Counted from the stretch's first letter, positions 13,850 through 27,995 are shown. The stretch is DNA of 64,000 nucleotides from Octopus sinensis (GCF_006345805.1 NC_042997.1:7192001-7256000), one strand, 5' to 3'. The notes: a model not told the origin generated them from the sequence alone. Translations and numbers: made by a program.

Positions 13850-14890
13850 TCATAACCATCAATAATATAACTGTGGATTATTTGGTTTAAATGTACAAAA
13901 TTCAATAGCGTTAGTTGTGATCGACAAGAAGTTAATAACATCAAAGTTTCAGTCATACTGATTTAGGAGGAAGAAAAACAAGGGAGAAATGAAGATACTA
14001 AAAACAGAGGTTTGTTTTTCAGATTCTGTGATTCTCTTTCCGTCATATGTAGGAACTTTTGCTTGTAACGGCGTTTATTGGAATCCGGTACATTTATACT
14101 TTTTCCGCAAACGGATCTGATTTCTGATTCATTAAACGTTTTGATTTTCTGGTGGTCGAGTTTGTAGTTCAGCCTGGTTGGTTTCTCTGTGGGGAATATC
14201 GATTCTCTTAAAGGTTCAATTTGTTATATTTGCTGTAGTTCGGTTGTAATTGGAGGTAACATTTCATTGGTATAGAGTTAGGTGACGTGAGCAACTGGTG
14301 TGTGTATTGAATGGTGATTTGGGGTTGTAGTTTTGAAACCCGGGTCAAAGAGTGTTACTAAAGTTTGCAAAATTGTCTGTTGTATCTGGTTGTTCTTTTG
14401 TGGAGAAATTGAATTTGTTTTTTCTTCTTCTCTTTAGTATTATTTTCTTATTTCTAAAAGATATTCAGGAGTGGTTTAAACTTTTCAATGAGTATGATTT
14501 CCTTATTTAAACAGAACAGGGTTGAAGTGTTTCTGGTGAATTGATAGAGAGGTAAGATTTGGCATTTCGGGTTTATGCTTCCATGTTCCTCGGATTGTGT
14601 GTTGGTACGTAAGATAAAGTAATAAGTGTATAATGTGGTTTTCTTGTTTTCCGTAACTCTTGGATGTCTATCATTTTTGCACGTTCAATTCCCTTTTGAT
14701 TAGACTGGCCGAGTATTTTCTATCCAGTAATGTGTTTTTAAGTTATTGGTCCCAATTTTGTCGGGTTTTAGGATTTGATGCAACGGTGTAAATTCTTCTT
14801 GCTAAGTTGAATCGTATATTTATATAAACATACCATTCAATTTAGGAAGAATAATCTGTGTCTCACAACGTGATTGACTTATTTATATAC
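13850..14890 (-). mobile_element. Penelope-like element remnant with internal deletion
   Basis: Minus strand IPFNLARRIYTVASNP...GIERAKMIDIQELRK...LSYVPTHNPRNMEA jumps directly to ILPLYQF...NKEIILIEKFKPLLN (end of GIY-YIG). Same family as 6575-7140. The left boundary is uncertain. Confidence 0.65.
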
Positions 14891-15999
14891 CCAGTATCTA
14901 AGGCTTTGCAATTTGTGATTTTTTGGTAAGGACTCATGATATACATGTATTTTTTGTTAACGATTAGCCATAATTTTGCTTCCGTAGACTAACCGTGGCA
15001 AAATTTTATCTATTAAATTCGAAGTGGCTCTTTACCATCAACATATGGTCGATACACCCTGAAGTCGTCCTTTTTGGCTTTTATGCATTTAAAAATCGAA
15101 ACTTAGTCTTGAATTGAAATTTGCCTTACCAGAAATTCCCTTCAAGTGCGTAACAGCACTATTTGTGTTATAATTTGTGCAGGTTTTACTGAGTGGTGAG
15201 ATCGAGCAATCGTACCGATTGAGATAAAATTGTTGATTTAATGAAACCGTATAAACTCTCATCATTTCATTTACCTAGATCGTAATCTATTGGTTTACGC
15301 AACGTGACCATTCTGTTGCACAATAATCGATTTTACCTTAGTATAAGTTTAGTGCAAATTCTTTCTGCCAATTATTCTCTGTGAGGCAGCCCAGTAAATT
15401 CAACTTCAGGGAGAACATTTTTAAAAATGTACAGCACTGTCGATCTTTGAATATTAAGTTTCTGTTATACAATTCCGTGATGGATTTCTTGTATTCCTGG
15501 TTAAGGAATAATTGGAAATGCGTACTGGTTTGCAAATGTAGGTTTTTGTCTATATTTGATACTAATGGAAGCGGAGTAGATGCATTACTATTTCCGTAGC
15601 GTTCATTATCAATAAAATATTGTGAACTAATATATGATATGCGTGAAAGAATCACATTTCAGTTTCCGTTCTAAGAGTCTTTGCTAAAATTTGAATCTAA
15701 GACATTTTATTTTTAATTCAATAACGTTGTTCGGTTAGTAATTTAAAGGACATTCCACTACTATCAAAATTTACAAACTTTTGCTTCAAGGATCTATCTT
15801 ATACAAAAGTTGACAAATATTGACCTATGTCTGATCGCAGCAAGAGTCACTTCGATTTCTCTGCTCTTTCTAGAAACATACCCCACACTTACAAAATAAG
15901 TTCATTTTATCATTTAATTTTAAATGATAATTCCAGCTGCAAGCACAACACTAAGCTTCGAAGAAATCTAGTTTTTGAATACCCGAGTGTTCTTGCTTG

Positions 16000-16790
16000 A
16001 AAATGAGTCGGTACAATTCGTGTAGATGTATCTTCCATAGCATAGAAAAAGAAATTTTCATATTAGTCAGACACCGTCGTAACGCTCATGTTTTACACAG
16101 AGATACACGAACGATTCACCAAAATCTTAACGAGTCTATGAATCTATCACCTAGCGCCGCCAATTGGAATAGGCAAATTGCAATATCAGAAGTGCGATAC
16201 GCAAGAACATTTGTTACAATATCTATTTTGGTCATGTGAGGATCAAATATTTAAAAGGCACGTCAAAACTGTTTTATCCCATGTAAGCTTCTACTGAAAA
16301 ATTTGAAGAACTCCCAAAATGAATCTCCTTGTTCTGGTTTTCCTCCGACAAGGAAAATATTGATGATGTGAAATTCTTTTGACGGAAAGCAAGTTCATTA
16401 TGATAATGCGCCAAAAAGCGAATATGGACTGATCATTTTACAGTTAATTATCCTGAAGTCGGGAGTACTAAGAGTCATAATGTGCCGTTTCTCATTTTCC
16501 CGAAGGGACACCTGCCGAAGGTTTAGATCTGCTGCTAAGTGACTATGCTTCCAAGTTGTTGCTGATGAGTTGAGGCATCTAATTGAAGGCACACAATTTT
16601 CATGGCCATGCGATTTACATCAACATGTGTCCTCAACAGATTTCAACTTTTATCAGTTCTATACCAATGATCTTATTGAGAGTAAACTGGCCGGTGAATC
16701 AATGGCGTCAAGGAACCATTGTTGATTCGTCGTCGTGAGCACAGTGAACGTCACAAGCGATATGCATCTGATTTTCAGGAACACATGTTA
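16000..16790 (+). mobile_element. Highly decayed mariner-like transposase
   Basis: Frame-broken pieces resemble mariner motifs: DGKQVHYDN..KRIW, KGHLPKV*IC (LHPKKVMLC-like), VSSTDFNFYQF (APSDYHLFRS-like). Confidence 0.4.
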
Positions 16791-17479
16791 TTCGCCACTG
16801 CCATGATATGTACAAATATAGTCACCCGAATGTGTCCTCCCTCTCAGAAATTGCTCTTTTGTTTGATATCTTATGTCTTAGTGTAACGTAGCTGCAGCAC
16901 TAGCTATTTTCGAACGACTTCCTTGTCTCTATTCATATTTTTATTGTATATTCGTTATTGAATCTTATTTTCTTCTAGAAACAATTTGATACCGTGGATG
17001 ACTCATTCATGTTGCTGCATGTGTAATGAGGACATCAATGAATTTCTCTCCGTTATGGTGAACAAATAATTCCAACATGACTTTAGACCAATCAATATGC
17101 ACTCGGTATGCAGATTATTATCATGACCAAGAAGCAACACGACTGAATTATCATTTCTCCATAACACACTTTCTTTGAATTCATCATTCCAGATGAAGAG
17201 AAAAATAAAATTACATACATTCTGAGCCCCAAATTTTTCACCTAGATTTATTCAAATCACAAAATAAGTCAATTAGATTTGCTTGTGAGAGTAAATCTTA
17301 TTCTTTAGAAGTACAGATAACCTGGAATTTTGATTAAAAAATATCGTTATCTTTCTGTTCGGCGTATTCTCCGTATTTGTTTCTTTCCTCAAAACTTAGT
17401 TACGTGCTTAGAAATATATCACTATAAAAATTCTGCAATGTGATGAATTATTTCCATGACAGACGAGACTGAAACAACA

Positions 17480-17525
<46 letters not shown>

Positions 17526-17909
17526 TCACGTGCGCGCATCCATACGCAAACACTCACAAACATAAACACAAAATTATAAACTTTGTTTTTATTTTGATTT
17601 GATATTTATTTTCATTTGAGCAGCAGAAACAATTCGTTTGGATAACTTCGTTCCCTTTAACCACTGATTGCAACTGTGCGTATTAACTTTTGTTATTATT
17701 TGACCTATTACATATCAGTTTTGAGGTGACAATGTTTGAAGTTCATAAATGTTTTGCATTCTTTTTAATTATATAATACATTATAGAGGTAGGACAAAAT
17801 TTTATGAGCACATTTAGTTAAGATTTTTCAAATAATCCTATGGTATTTCAAAATATTCACTTGAAGACATCATTGATGTGAAATCATCTACGACCACCAT
17901 ATTCTAGTA

Positions 17910-18805
17910 TTAAAGTGGTGAAGGCAATTTTTTGTGCAGGCTGTCTCTTACTGGAATGTTGAACAGCTTATCACAGGAGAAAAAAAAAGAAGGCCTTCTT
18001 GAAATGAGAATGCACGAACACTTTGAAAGGATCACACTAGATGTTAAGGATAATACAGTTTCGTGGTCATAGCCTGAGCAAGGTGATTTGAAGCGTACCA
18101 CCGAAAGCCTGATCATTGCTGCACTAGACCAGGCTCTCGCTACCAATACATCGAAGTATAATATCTAACAAACTTCTGACACTCTGAAATGCAGACTCTG
18201 GAAAGAATGTGAAAACTGTGACCTACTTGGTAAGTAGATGTGAGATCCTTGCACAAAACGAATACAAACGCCGCCACGATAAAAAGTGTGTGTATCTTCA
18301 TTCGCATTTATCTTGTAAAGGCCAATATGAATTAACAGAGAACTGGTATGAGCATGTACCAAGTTAAGTTTTTCATGAGGATGGTAAAGTAATGATACCC
18401 TGCAACTATGATTTGCAAACGGACCGTGTAATGGAACAACGTCATATTGTCATATTGAATAAGAAAGACATATACTGTCAGGTCATTGTTGTAGCCATAT
18501 CAAATGACGTGAATGTTGTAAGTAAAGACGTTGAAAAATCACCATGCAGTCTGAATTGAAAGCGGAATGCGAGAGGGTGATGTAAAAGTATAACCAGTGG
18601 TAATCGGAGCGTTGGGCTCAATTCCATTGCAGCTTCAAATCTTCTTAAGGTAACTGGAAATCCCACGCAAGTTTGATGTCTTGCAAAAAGCAATCTTATT
18701 GGGTACAGTGCACATCTTAAGGAAAATATTATCTGTCTGAGGTCCTTGTTGTAACTTCACAGATGACTAAAGTCTCCAGGGCATTTATAACTACAGTGTG
18801 TTGAC
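17910..18805 (+). mobile_element. R4/Dong-like non-LTR retrotransposon 3' fragment A (zinc knuckle plus REL endonuclease)
   Basis: QGDLKRTTESLIIAALDQALATN, KCRL, CEILAQNEYKRRHDK, ENWYEH, LQTDRVME..DIVI-like, PVVIGALGSIP, LQKAILLGTVHILRKILSV*; followed by a (TAA)n tail. Confidence 0.85.
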
Positions 18806-18852
18806 TAATAATAATAATAATAATAAGAAGAAGAAGAAGAGGAAGAAGATTG

Positions 18853-18930
<78 letters not shown>
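18806..18930. repeat. (TAA)n/(GAA)n array
   Basis: Directly visible; tail of fragment A. Confidence 0.95.
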
Positions 18931-18931
<1 letters not shown>

Positions 18932-19057
18932 CCTACGCAGAACACTTTCCATATAATAACCATCAGAGCATCACAACAAAATCACAGCACATATCCAAGG
19001 CACACAGAGCTGCGCTCGGTAGTGAAGTGAAAGCACGCTATAAAAATAAAACTACTG
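18931..19057 (+). mobile_element. R4/Dong-like 3' terminal fragment B (last codons plus 3'UTR)
   Basis: Begins ILRRTLSI*, homologous to ILRKILSV* of fragment A, with a different 3'UTR ending aaataaaactactg, then (AAT)n at 19058-19168. Confidence 0.65.
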
Positions 19058-19098
19058 AATAATAATAATAACAATAAAATAATAATAATAATAATAAT

Positions 19099-19170
<72 letters not shown>

Positions 19171-19171
<1 letters not shown>

Positions 19172-19690
19172 GAAGCAATATCTCATACTGTGAGTAAAGC
19201 ATGGTGGCCCAAAGCACGACTAAAAGAGAAAAGATAACATGGCTAAGTCCATCCACTGGAGGGTATGTGACATGTACGAAATGGATAGAGCACGGAAATG
19301 GTACGAACATGAACCAGAAGCGTGACTGAGAAAAAGGAACATAAGATAATATGTGATTTTACAATCCTCTGTGATTCCCCAACCGAAGCTCGGAGACCAG
19401 ATATTTATGTGGTTGATAAAGGAAATAAGGAATCCAAGATCATCGAAATTGCAATACCTAGAAAAAGTTAGAAAAGTACAGACTACTAAAAGACGAAATC
19501 GCAAGAATGTGGACTATGAAGAGAGTGTCTGTTATTTCAGTATTTGTAGGGACATTCGGAGCACTAAAAACCAAGTACGAGAAATATGTCAAAGAATTCT
19601 GAATGAACAGGAGGGCAGAGCTGTTGACAACTAGGAACTTTCTCAGCTCTACTGGTGACAGCTAGGATTTTGAGATCGTTACATTGATGT
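19171..19690 (+). mobile_element. R4/Dong-like fragment C (REL endonuclease)
   Basis: DNMAKSIHWRVC..Y...KWYEHEPEA, EARRPDIYVVDKGNKESKIIEIAIP, KYRLLKDEIARMW, ARILRSL: a PD..E..K-type REL core. Confidence 0.85.
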
Positions 19691-19729
19691 TGAATGCCTC
19701 TCCCGATAGTAAGCAACCAAGTATCAAAG

Positions 19730-20335
19730 CTTATAATGTGCAGAAAGAAACCACGTGAGACCTCTGACGGCATGTTGCTTTCCGCTCTTGGAGAATCTAA
19801 CCGAATGCCCAGAGAAGTAAAGCAGAATAATATAAATCATAATAATTACAAAACCGAGAGTTTCCGGCGGGAATTATCAATTCTAGACGAACTCTCTAAA
19901 AAATAAAACAACAAAATAGATAAATAAATAATACAAAGAATTATAAAATGAAAATACAATCCGATAAACATGAATGTACTGAGAGCAAAAGAGGTGGTTA
20001 AGCAGAAAATGTAGGTTAAGGCAAAACACTTATGCAGGCATGAAAGAGAAACAAAATTTACAAACAAAATAAGATATATAAAGCAGATGTTAAGAAATAC
20101 TACAGAGAGTTAGAGAAACCGTCGATCGAATAAAAGACCCACCTTATATAAAGGGAGTAATGGCATTTTGGAAAAACATATGGAGTGATAGAAAGGAATT
20201 CAACATGGAAGCTGAATGGGTAGGGAGAGAAGAAAGAATGGATGAGATTGTAAAAACAGAGATGGAAAGATTTTACAACACAGGAACTAACTCAATTTAC
20301 TAAAACTCGTAAGTGGAAGTATCCTGAAGTCTTTT
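19730..20335 (+). mobile_element. R4/Dong-like fragment D (pre-RT region)
   Basis: KKYYRELEK..KDPP..AFWKNIWSDRKEFNMEAEW..KTRKWKYP, typical of the region just upstream of RT in this clade. Confidence 0.6.
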
Positions 20336-20860
20336 TCGGTCGTACAAAATTGTTGTAACACTCATATACTCCTGCTGTCAGCTTTCTTAAGATAACGCAC
20401 GTTTTCATATCGTCGTCCCATTCTTTGCATTATTCATTGAAGATCTGTTCCTATCTTCTTTGGCACACCTCGAAGGCAACTCCTTCTTCTGGTACCTACT
20501 TAAAAATCTGTTCTTGATATCGCAACATAATCTGGCGAGAACATCTTTACAATATTTTGTGACGACTTCATTAATTGCAGCATTTGTTACTCTAATAGTA
20601 ATTATTGTTGTCGTTGCTTCTATTTTTATTCCTGCTGTTGTAGCTGCTGCTGTTGTTGCTGTTTTTGCAACTCGAGCAAACCGGCCACCAGGTTTTCCAT
20701 AACATTGCTATTTGGTATCCCGTAAAATTCACTCAAAAATCTTTTGTGAGTTTCGTAACTCTTTGTGAGTTTGTTAATTCTTCCTAAATTTGTTATTTCA
20801 TCGCTAGTATGTAATTTTCCTCGTCGCCACTGTTATAATCTTCTGTCAGACTGTTATATA
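20336..20860 (-). mobile_element. Probable inverted N-terminal fragment of an R4/Dong-like element
   Basis: Minus strand NAAINEVVTK...KKELPSR resembles the N-terminal region of these ORFs; abrupt junction with fragment D. Confidence 0.35.
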
Positions 20861-21194
20861 GCAGTACAGTTAGACAAGTAAAACCACGACTAATCTATGA
20901 CAACCTAATTCGTACTAAATCTTTATTATAGGCATGTAGTCTGAATTGAGAGTGGACATAACAAGGACAGACAACACAAAACATGGGGTACATATAACGA
21001 AAAATAAATATGGAATGGAATATTTACAATGAATAGAATGAAATGGCTTACGAGACCACCAAAGGTCGCAGTTTCATTTTACTGTTCTTTTATACAGTTT
21101 ATAATCATTTTTACTTTAAATTTCTCCTCTGTTACAAGTTCCATCAATTCCTCCTGTTCAACAACATTCGGCAGACTATCATAACGGACATGTG

Positions 21195-21594
21195 GGATAT
21201 TTTCGGTTTGAACGGCAGTTTTTAACATAATTTCCAGGTAACTAAAAAAATTTTAACTTCGTATACTGGTAGAATGTGTTTATAAAACATCATTTTCTCT
21301 TGGCTTTCTTGAGAAAATTCTGTAGTTTGTAATATATTTCGCCTTTAATTTCTTGCATTTCGGCAATTTTAACCAATCAATGACCGTCTATTGAGGTGAA
21401 AGCATTCTGTGCCGTATGAATATGTCCCTCGTTTAAGAAACAGATTATGTTTATTTACATTTGTGAAGAAAAAATATACCCTTCCCTCACCCCTAACTAA
21501 CCCTAAATCTAAAACAGATTGAAATGCAATAGATCGATACTAGGGTCATAATTATGTGTGACAATTTCATATGACACCGCTAGAAAAAACTGCC
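21195..21594. mobile_element. Non-autonomous DNA element (MITE-like) with one truncated TIR
   Basis: The left end ...gaacggcagttttt is complemented at the right by aaaaaactgcc (21584-21594); no coding capacity. Confidence 0.5.
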
Positions 21595-22013
21595 ATGATC
21601 GGATCCAATTTAACTCGTATTAATCCCTTCAGTTTTGCCAGCTACTTTTCTAATTCTATCTCCTTCATGTAAAACACCAACAATCTCCAATTCTTTCCTT
21701 TTGGTTTCCCTTCTCGTTCTACATTTTCAATTTGCATTGCCAGTCTGTCCTGCCAATTCGACCTAATTCGTACATTTTACTGACACTAAGGGACAGTATT
21801 TATGACAAGCACATATCACACGTCACGTGGAAGGGTGTACCATTGCTACTATTATCTACATAACAATGTATCCTTTCCTTTGTCCCTGTGTATTCAAGGC
21901 CAAGGTCAGTGCTCTCATTCATCGCCTGTAGTAGTAAACACATTTGCCTCTGCTGACCGTATGGGTGTGACGCTTCTTTTGTTTCCTGATCGCACAGGAA
22001 GGAGTAAGAAGTA

Positions 22014-22097
22014 CCACCACCACCATCACCACTACTACTACTACTACTACTGTTACTACTACTGCTACTACTACTTCAATTACTACTACTACTACTG

Positions 22098-22160
<63 letters not shown>

Positions 22161-22277
22161 ATAATAATAATAATAATAATAATCGTGACGCGAAAGAAGG
22201 CTTAAATACACAACCGACTCCGCCAGCCAGCCAGCCAGCTAGCCAAACATTCTACTAGTACTACTACTGCTGTTGCG

Positions 22278-22349
<72 letters not shown>

Positions 22350-22386
22350 GCTGCTGCTGCTTCTGCTGCTGCTGCTACTACTACTA

Positions 22387-22476
<90 letters not shown>

Positions 22477-22510
22477 TTGCTGCTGCTACTACATAAACTA
22501 CTACTATTAC
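22014..22510. repeat. Compound trinucleotide arrays (CAC/TAC/TAA, then TAC/TGC) with a short unique spacer
   Basis: Directly visible; source of the poly-Y, poly-V, poly-S and poly-L ORFs. Confidence 0.95.
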
Positions 22511-25500
22511 TACACATAGATTCAACAATGAAAGCAGCAGTTGACAACAGCGATAGAAGGCTGCCCAGACAAATATAGAACCAGCAACTACTACAACATC
22601 AACACAGGAAGAAATTACAACCTTCCAACCAAACTATGCCACTCGCATCCTGTGGTTAGAGAACCTAGACCAGCTAGTGACAAAACCAACAACGATAAAA
22701 ACACCGTAGCTACAGACGTAAGAGCAAATGCAACGGATGTAGAGCTCTTTGAGACAGGAAAAATTACCAGGAGAGATTTAAGCACTTAAAAGACAATTCC
22801 AAGCTTGTGAATACCTAAGGTTAAAGGTAGCAACCTACACCCCACGCAAATTCTGGCAGAAATAGGAATGAACCTTAGTCAAGTAATTGTCAATATTTAT
22901 AATAATATCAATAACATTATTGTTATTGTTGCTGTAATCATTATTAACACGACTAATATATATTGTTATTAACTTATTACTTCATTAAATGTATCATTAA
23001 TTTTATCCGGTGATTATATTTTAAGAGCATAAGGTATAGCGTCACAAAACTGTAAGTATTCTAGGAAAACACTAGTTCTGTAACCTGAATTGTAATAGAA
23101 GTTTACGCATAGAACACCAACCAAACCGCCAAACACTGAATAGAAAACTGTATAATTATTATTTTTGTCCTGTGAAACAACATAATTTTCGAATGCATAT
23201 GGTATTATCGTTTCAATGATTATATAAGTTTGCCAAATCGGCAGTATCGTCAAACCATCCAAAATATTTCCAAATACAAATGTGTTAAATCGTAATATTC
23301 ACTCTTGAAATAAACAAATACGAGACTATGCAATTAATTCTCTCCTCTCTATTAGCGTAACTTGAAATGTGGTGCGTAAATACGACAGAAGATTTCCCAT
23401 TAAAATGCTTTTTCATCGAACACAATCTTTCTTATTTCATAGCAGTCTACGCATACAATAACAATGAGTTGACAATGAAAACTTTTTCTTGAATATTATG
23501 GCAAGTTAAACCGGATATTAAAAGTGCAATTAGACAATACACGTAGCGCTAGTGCCGTAATGATAACAATTTCGCTTTTCGGCTCATTGCCAAATGTGAG
23601 AGGAGCTGAAAATATATGAAGAAATGTTTCTATGTAGCTTCAGTCTGACTGTCTCAACTGTTTGACTACTCATCTATTCTCGTATTTATAAGGTAAATAT
23701 GTTTTAAATCGTTTATCAAGTGAGCTTTATAAATGTAGTTACATACACAAAGAAAAGGTACTGTATCAAATTTTATAAAGAAAATGTTTTTGATGTATAT
23801 GTCTTACTGGGATAAATATAAGTTTGTGACACATCGGATATTACAAAATTGTGTTCATATCAGGAGCATTTCTCGTACTATTTTCAAGTACCTTTCCCAA
23901 AAGCTTGCAGAGCCATAAATATAAAAGCTATTTAAATCAATCAAAATGTTGTATTTAATAACACTTTTTATCATTCTTCTCACTCTTTTCTAAGTAATAT
24001 GGATAACGACATTATTTCAAAGACTATAGCGTGAAATTACATTGAACATACTTAAAATGAAAAAGAAAAAGCGGTGTGATTAGAGTTTTCAGAGAATATA
24101 CGTAACTAATCCAAGAAAACACATAATCCTGTTTAGATAAACTGTTGGTGGTAGTCCTCTTACTGCCGTTTCAAGAGCATAGTAATCCGTAGATTTTTTA
24201 AGGGTATTTTCTCTCTAAAATTTGGAAACTGCCTCCTTCATCAGCAGTCACATTTCGTACAAAGTTGTAACGAGTAGATGAGATTTAGTTATACAGGGTG
24301 GTGCACTTATTAACAAGAAGAGAAAATGTTATAGCAGGAAATATAGGGAATACAATTTAGAAAACATTTGAAATGCTAAACAGGTAATAATTGATGAAAA
24401 TGATGTTACAGAATGGCAGGAGTATAGAGATTAAGTGAAGTATAGATAATTAAAAAACAATCGTTATGCTATCGTGGTTTATTAAAATGATTAAATATTG
24501 AACTCTATCTATGGTTACAGGAATGCATAGCGTTAGAGAACTCATTTAATAATGTAGATCCATATCGACAAAGAATATTCATGAACTCTCTAACACACAA
24601 TTTACATACACGCGTCATTGTATTGTATGGGAATGACTTCCGCCATTGCTGACCAAGATAAAGAGTATTGTATATATTTTTTAGTTTACGTTCTTGTATA
24701 TACGTATGTAACGTTGTAGAAAAATTATATTTTACGTTAGTAAAATAAATCAAATCTGCCCCATAGCGACATTTGAAGTTTAATGTATTTTCTGTTTAAA
24801 CTCGTACTCTTTCTCTAGCAAGGATCTCCAAAGAACAGCTATACACTATATTTTTACGTAAACGAGACCTGACTAGCAGAAAGACTCCTGAATTCGACAG
24901 TACTTGTTCTTCCTCCCTGCATCGGCATTAGTTTTCCGATTATTAGAAGTTACGTCACCCTCGACCATCAGTGGGAGGGGTGGCTGGCGTAATATTTACC
25001 CTAGAACTAATATCAGCTTTGGAGATATAATGTTCTTTATAAAGATTTGTGTGAGTAGATTTCCTAAGTCTGAGTTTAGATCTATTAATCGAAGGTATAA
25101 CTGAACTTAAAGTTGGAGTAGTAGAGTACGGCAATTTCAGAACGGATGCATGAAAAATAGGATAGTATTTATGACTTTCAGGTAAATATTTCTTTCAATA
25201 TTAAAAAAAAAAATTATTCCGGTAAAGATTTGACATGAAGAGAGAAGGGTAGGGGGCAAACAATAAAATTTCACGTTTCCTGGGATTTGAATGTTTGGTC
25301 TGATTAGATTGGTCGGAGATAAAGCGTTTATGTGAATTCCGGAATGCCGTGTTATTAATTCGGAACTATGAATACATAAATATATAAGAATCTAATAAAC
25401 ATATATAAGTAGACGAATGAGATTAAATAGATGTACAAAAATATACATTCATAATAATAATAATTATTATTATTATTATAATGGGTAAAATCATAAATGA

Positions 25501-25563
25501 TTTTTACGAAGTGGTCAGCGCGTAAATAAAACCTCATAGGCAAATTAATATAAATATTTTATA

Positions 25564-25848
25564 ATTATATACATAATTATAACAAGGCCTTGGCTTGCGC
25601 CTCACCACACACTGAAAAATAGACGCCCAAAGACACTGTTGCTACAATAAATTCATCAATTCTCCGAGAAAAACACAGTACATTTAGGCTAGTACACGAA
25701 AGAAAATGAATTCATTTTCTTCCTTCTACTAGCCTGTATGTAGTGTGCTTTTCTCGGAGAATTTATGGTGGCAACAGTGTCTTTTGAAGTTTACCTTTCA
25801 GTGCGTGGTGAGGCGCAAGCCAAGCTCTTGTTATAGTTATGTATATAA

Positions 25849-25849
<1 letters not shown>
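25564..25849. mobile_element. 286-bp foldback (long inverted repeat, MITE-like)
   Basis: Arms 25564-25694 and 25727-25849 are reverse complements (cttggcttgcgcctcaccac / gtggtgaggcgcaagccaag; ttctccgagaaaa / ttttctcggagaa). The centre holds a perfect 22-bp palindrome at 25700-25721. Confidence 0.85.
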
Positions 25850-25926
<77 letters not shown>

Positions 25927-25960
25927 GAGCGAGAGAGAGGGAGAGAGAGAGAGAGATAGT
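25850..25960. repeat. (TA)n and (GA)n microsatellite
   Basis: Directly visible. Confidence 0.95.
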
Positions 25961-27944
25961 GAGGGGCATTTAGAATTACGATCGTATTAAAAGGTGTTGT
26001 AGAACGGCGTTGTAAAAAATATAAACTAAATATGATCTTATGAGAATGTGAATAAAATTTAATCTTACGAAAAGAGCTAATAAAAAAAATCACATATACA
26101 TGATTTTCATGTTTTTGCGTGTGTGTTTGTAAAATTATTTTGTCTTCTTGCAGCAGTAATCAAACTACTGGATACCATATTAAAGAAAGAGTACATTCAT
26201 TTTTTTTCAAATAGAGTGTGCACCAGAATGAATTACTGACCTCGATGTTAAGTACGCTGTCAACGCAAGTCAAGTTGCAATTTTTTAACAAGTCCAACCT
26301 TTTCATAGTCATACAATTTGATAATGTCAGTTTTGTTGCTAATTCGAATTAATTGCTAAGAGGAAAGTAAGAAAATATAGAGTTGTTACTTATTATATTT
26401 GGAAGGGATTTGCTCACGCTATAATATACATTTTTAAATAAAAATCTTTCTCAGCTATGCTCCATTTGATTACAGTCACAGAAATTAATTTTCGTTCTTT
26501 GTATAACTATGCAGACAATTTTCGTTTCCATAAACTTGCTGTTTTTGAATGGCATACAACTTCTTTTCACTACGACATCATTATGTAAAACGAATAATAA
26601 AGATCATATTGAATAGATACAGAGACTTAATTTTAAGGTTTAAAATTCTTTTTAACTAATTCATGACTACTGCGTTTCAATGAACACTCCAGTTTTTCCA
26701 TCTAATAACAGGAAATTTAAAGTCATATTTTTTTATTCTTAGTATTATTACAGCAACGAAAAAATAGCCAAGAATACACAGCAGCAGCAACATCATGCCA
26801 TATACCTTTCTTATACAATTGCTCGAAATTGCTCGAAAGAAAACCTCTGACAGAGAAGCTATTAGAGAATGAAATTTAAACATAAAAATGCATAGTAAGA
26901 AATGTACTGCAATTGCCGCTTGGGTATTGTATGATTTCAAATATAATATTGAATGTGTAAATTATGGAAAATGAACCAAAAGACACTTGACGGTTGGTTT
27001 CGATGAACACAAAATCAAATTAATATTCCTCGAAATATTTTATGCATATTTCACATATTTAAGCGTGTGATATCAATTTTAAAATTTATATATACTCTGG
27101 CTTTAAATCAAGCACATTTTCTTAACGATTTCAGTTCATTTAATATATTGATGGAACCGGTAAGAGAGATCAGCAGTAGACTTCTCTAGTTTTGCAGATT
27201 TCTAACTCCTTAGCCGACTTTAAACTCTTTTGACGAAGTAAGCTTATAATGATGGGTGTTTGTATTAGATTATACATGCTACTCGAGGAAAAGAAAATCT
27301 TCAGTACAGAAATATCAGAATCAGTGTTTAATCGAATGTTAGATACCTTACAAACAGACAAACCTGCAGCTTCTCTTAATTTTATGTACGCCATATAGCA
27401 TTAAATCATTTTGAATACGATAAAATAATACTGTTAAAGTGATAAGTTGTCCGATATTTTCACTGCTTCATAACATCATATCATATACTGCTACTAACCG
27501 TGAAATCAATGTCTTCAAGCAAATCTACTATTTCAAAGGTGACTTTTTGATAAATAAAAGAATATGTCTATCACGTCCATATTAAAGATCGATATGTTAT
27601 CCCTGCCTATGCATATAAATATACTTACAGTTCTGTGTAGAAAAAAGCCCAACAATAATCTGCTTTCTATAATTCGTTATGCGATTATAGTTAAGGAATT
27701 GCATTTGATAGCATTTTTTTCCCTATACAATTGAAACAATTATCTCCTGTTGGTGTTTAATATATACCACGAGGTTTCTTAGAACTACTTGATCAAAGCA
27801 TTTCTGTAAGTAACTTTACAAAGTATTCACTTTTCCTACGATGAAAATATTCATATTGGCATTACAAAATATGTGGATACACACGTTTGTGTGCTTCTGT
27901 ATGTATGGACATATGTGTGTGTGATTGTGTGTGTATGTACATGC

Positions 27945-27995
<51 letters not shown>

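Noticed and set aside
26680-26940. Hydrophobic 87-aa minus ORF (GPCR-like?) and a plus-strand IARKK.SD.E resemblance to hAT/Buster
   Set aside because: Too short, with no diagnostic motif or supporting neighbours for either reading.
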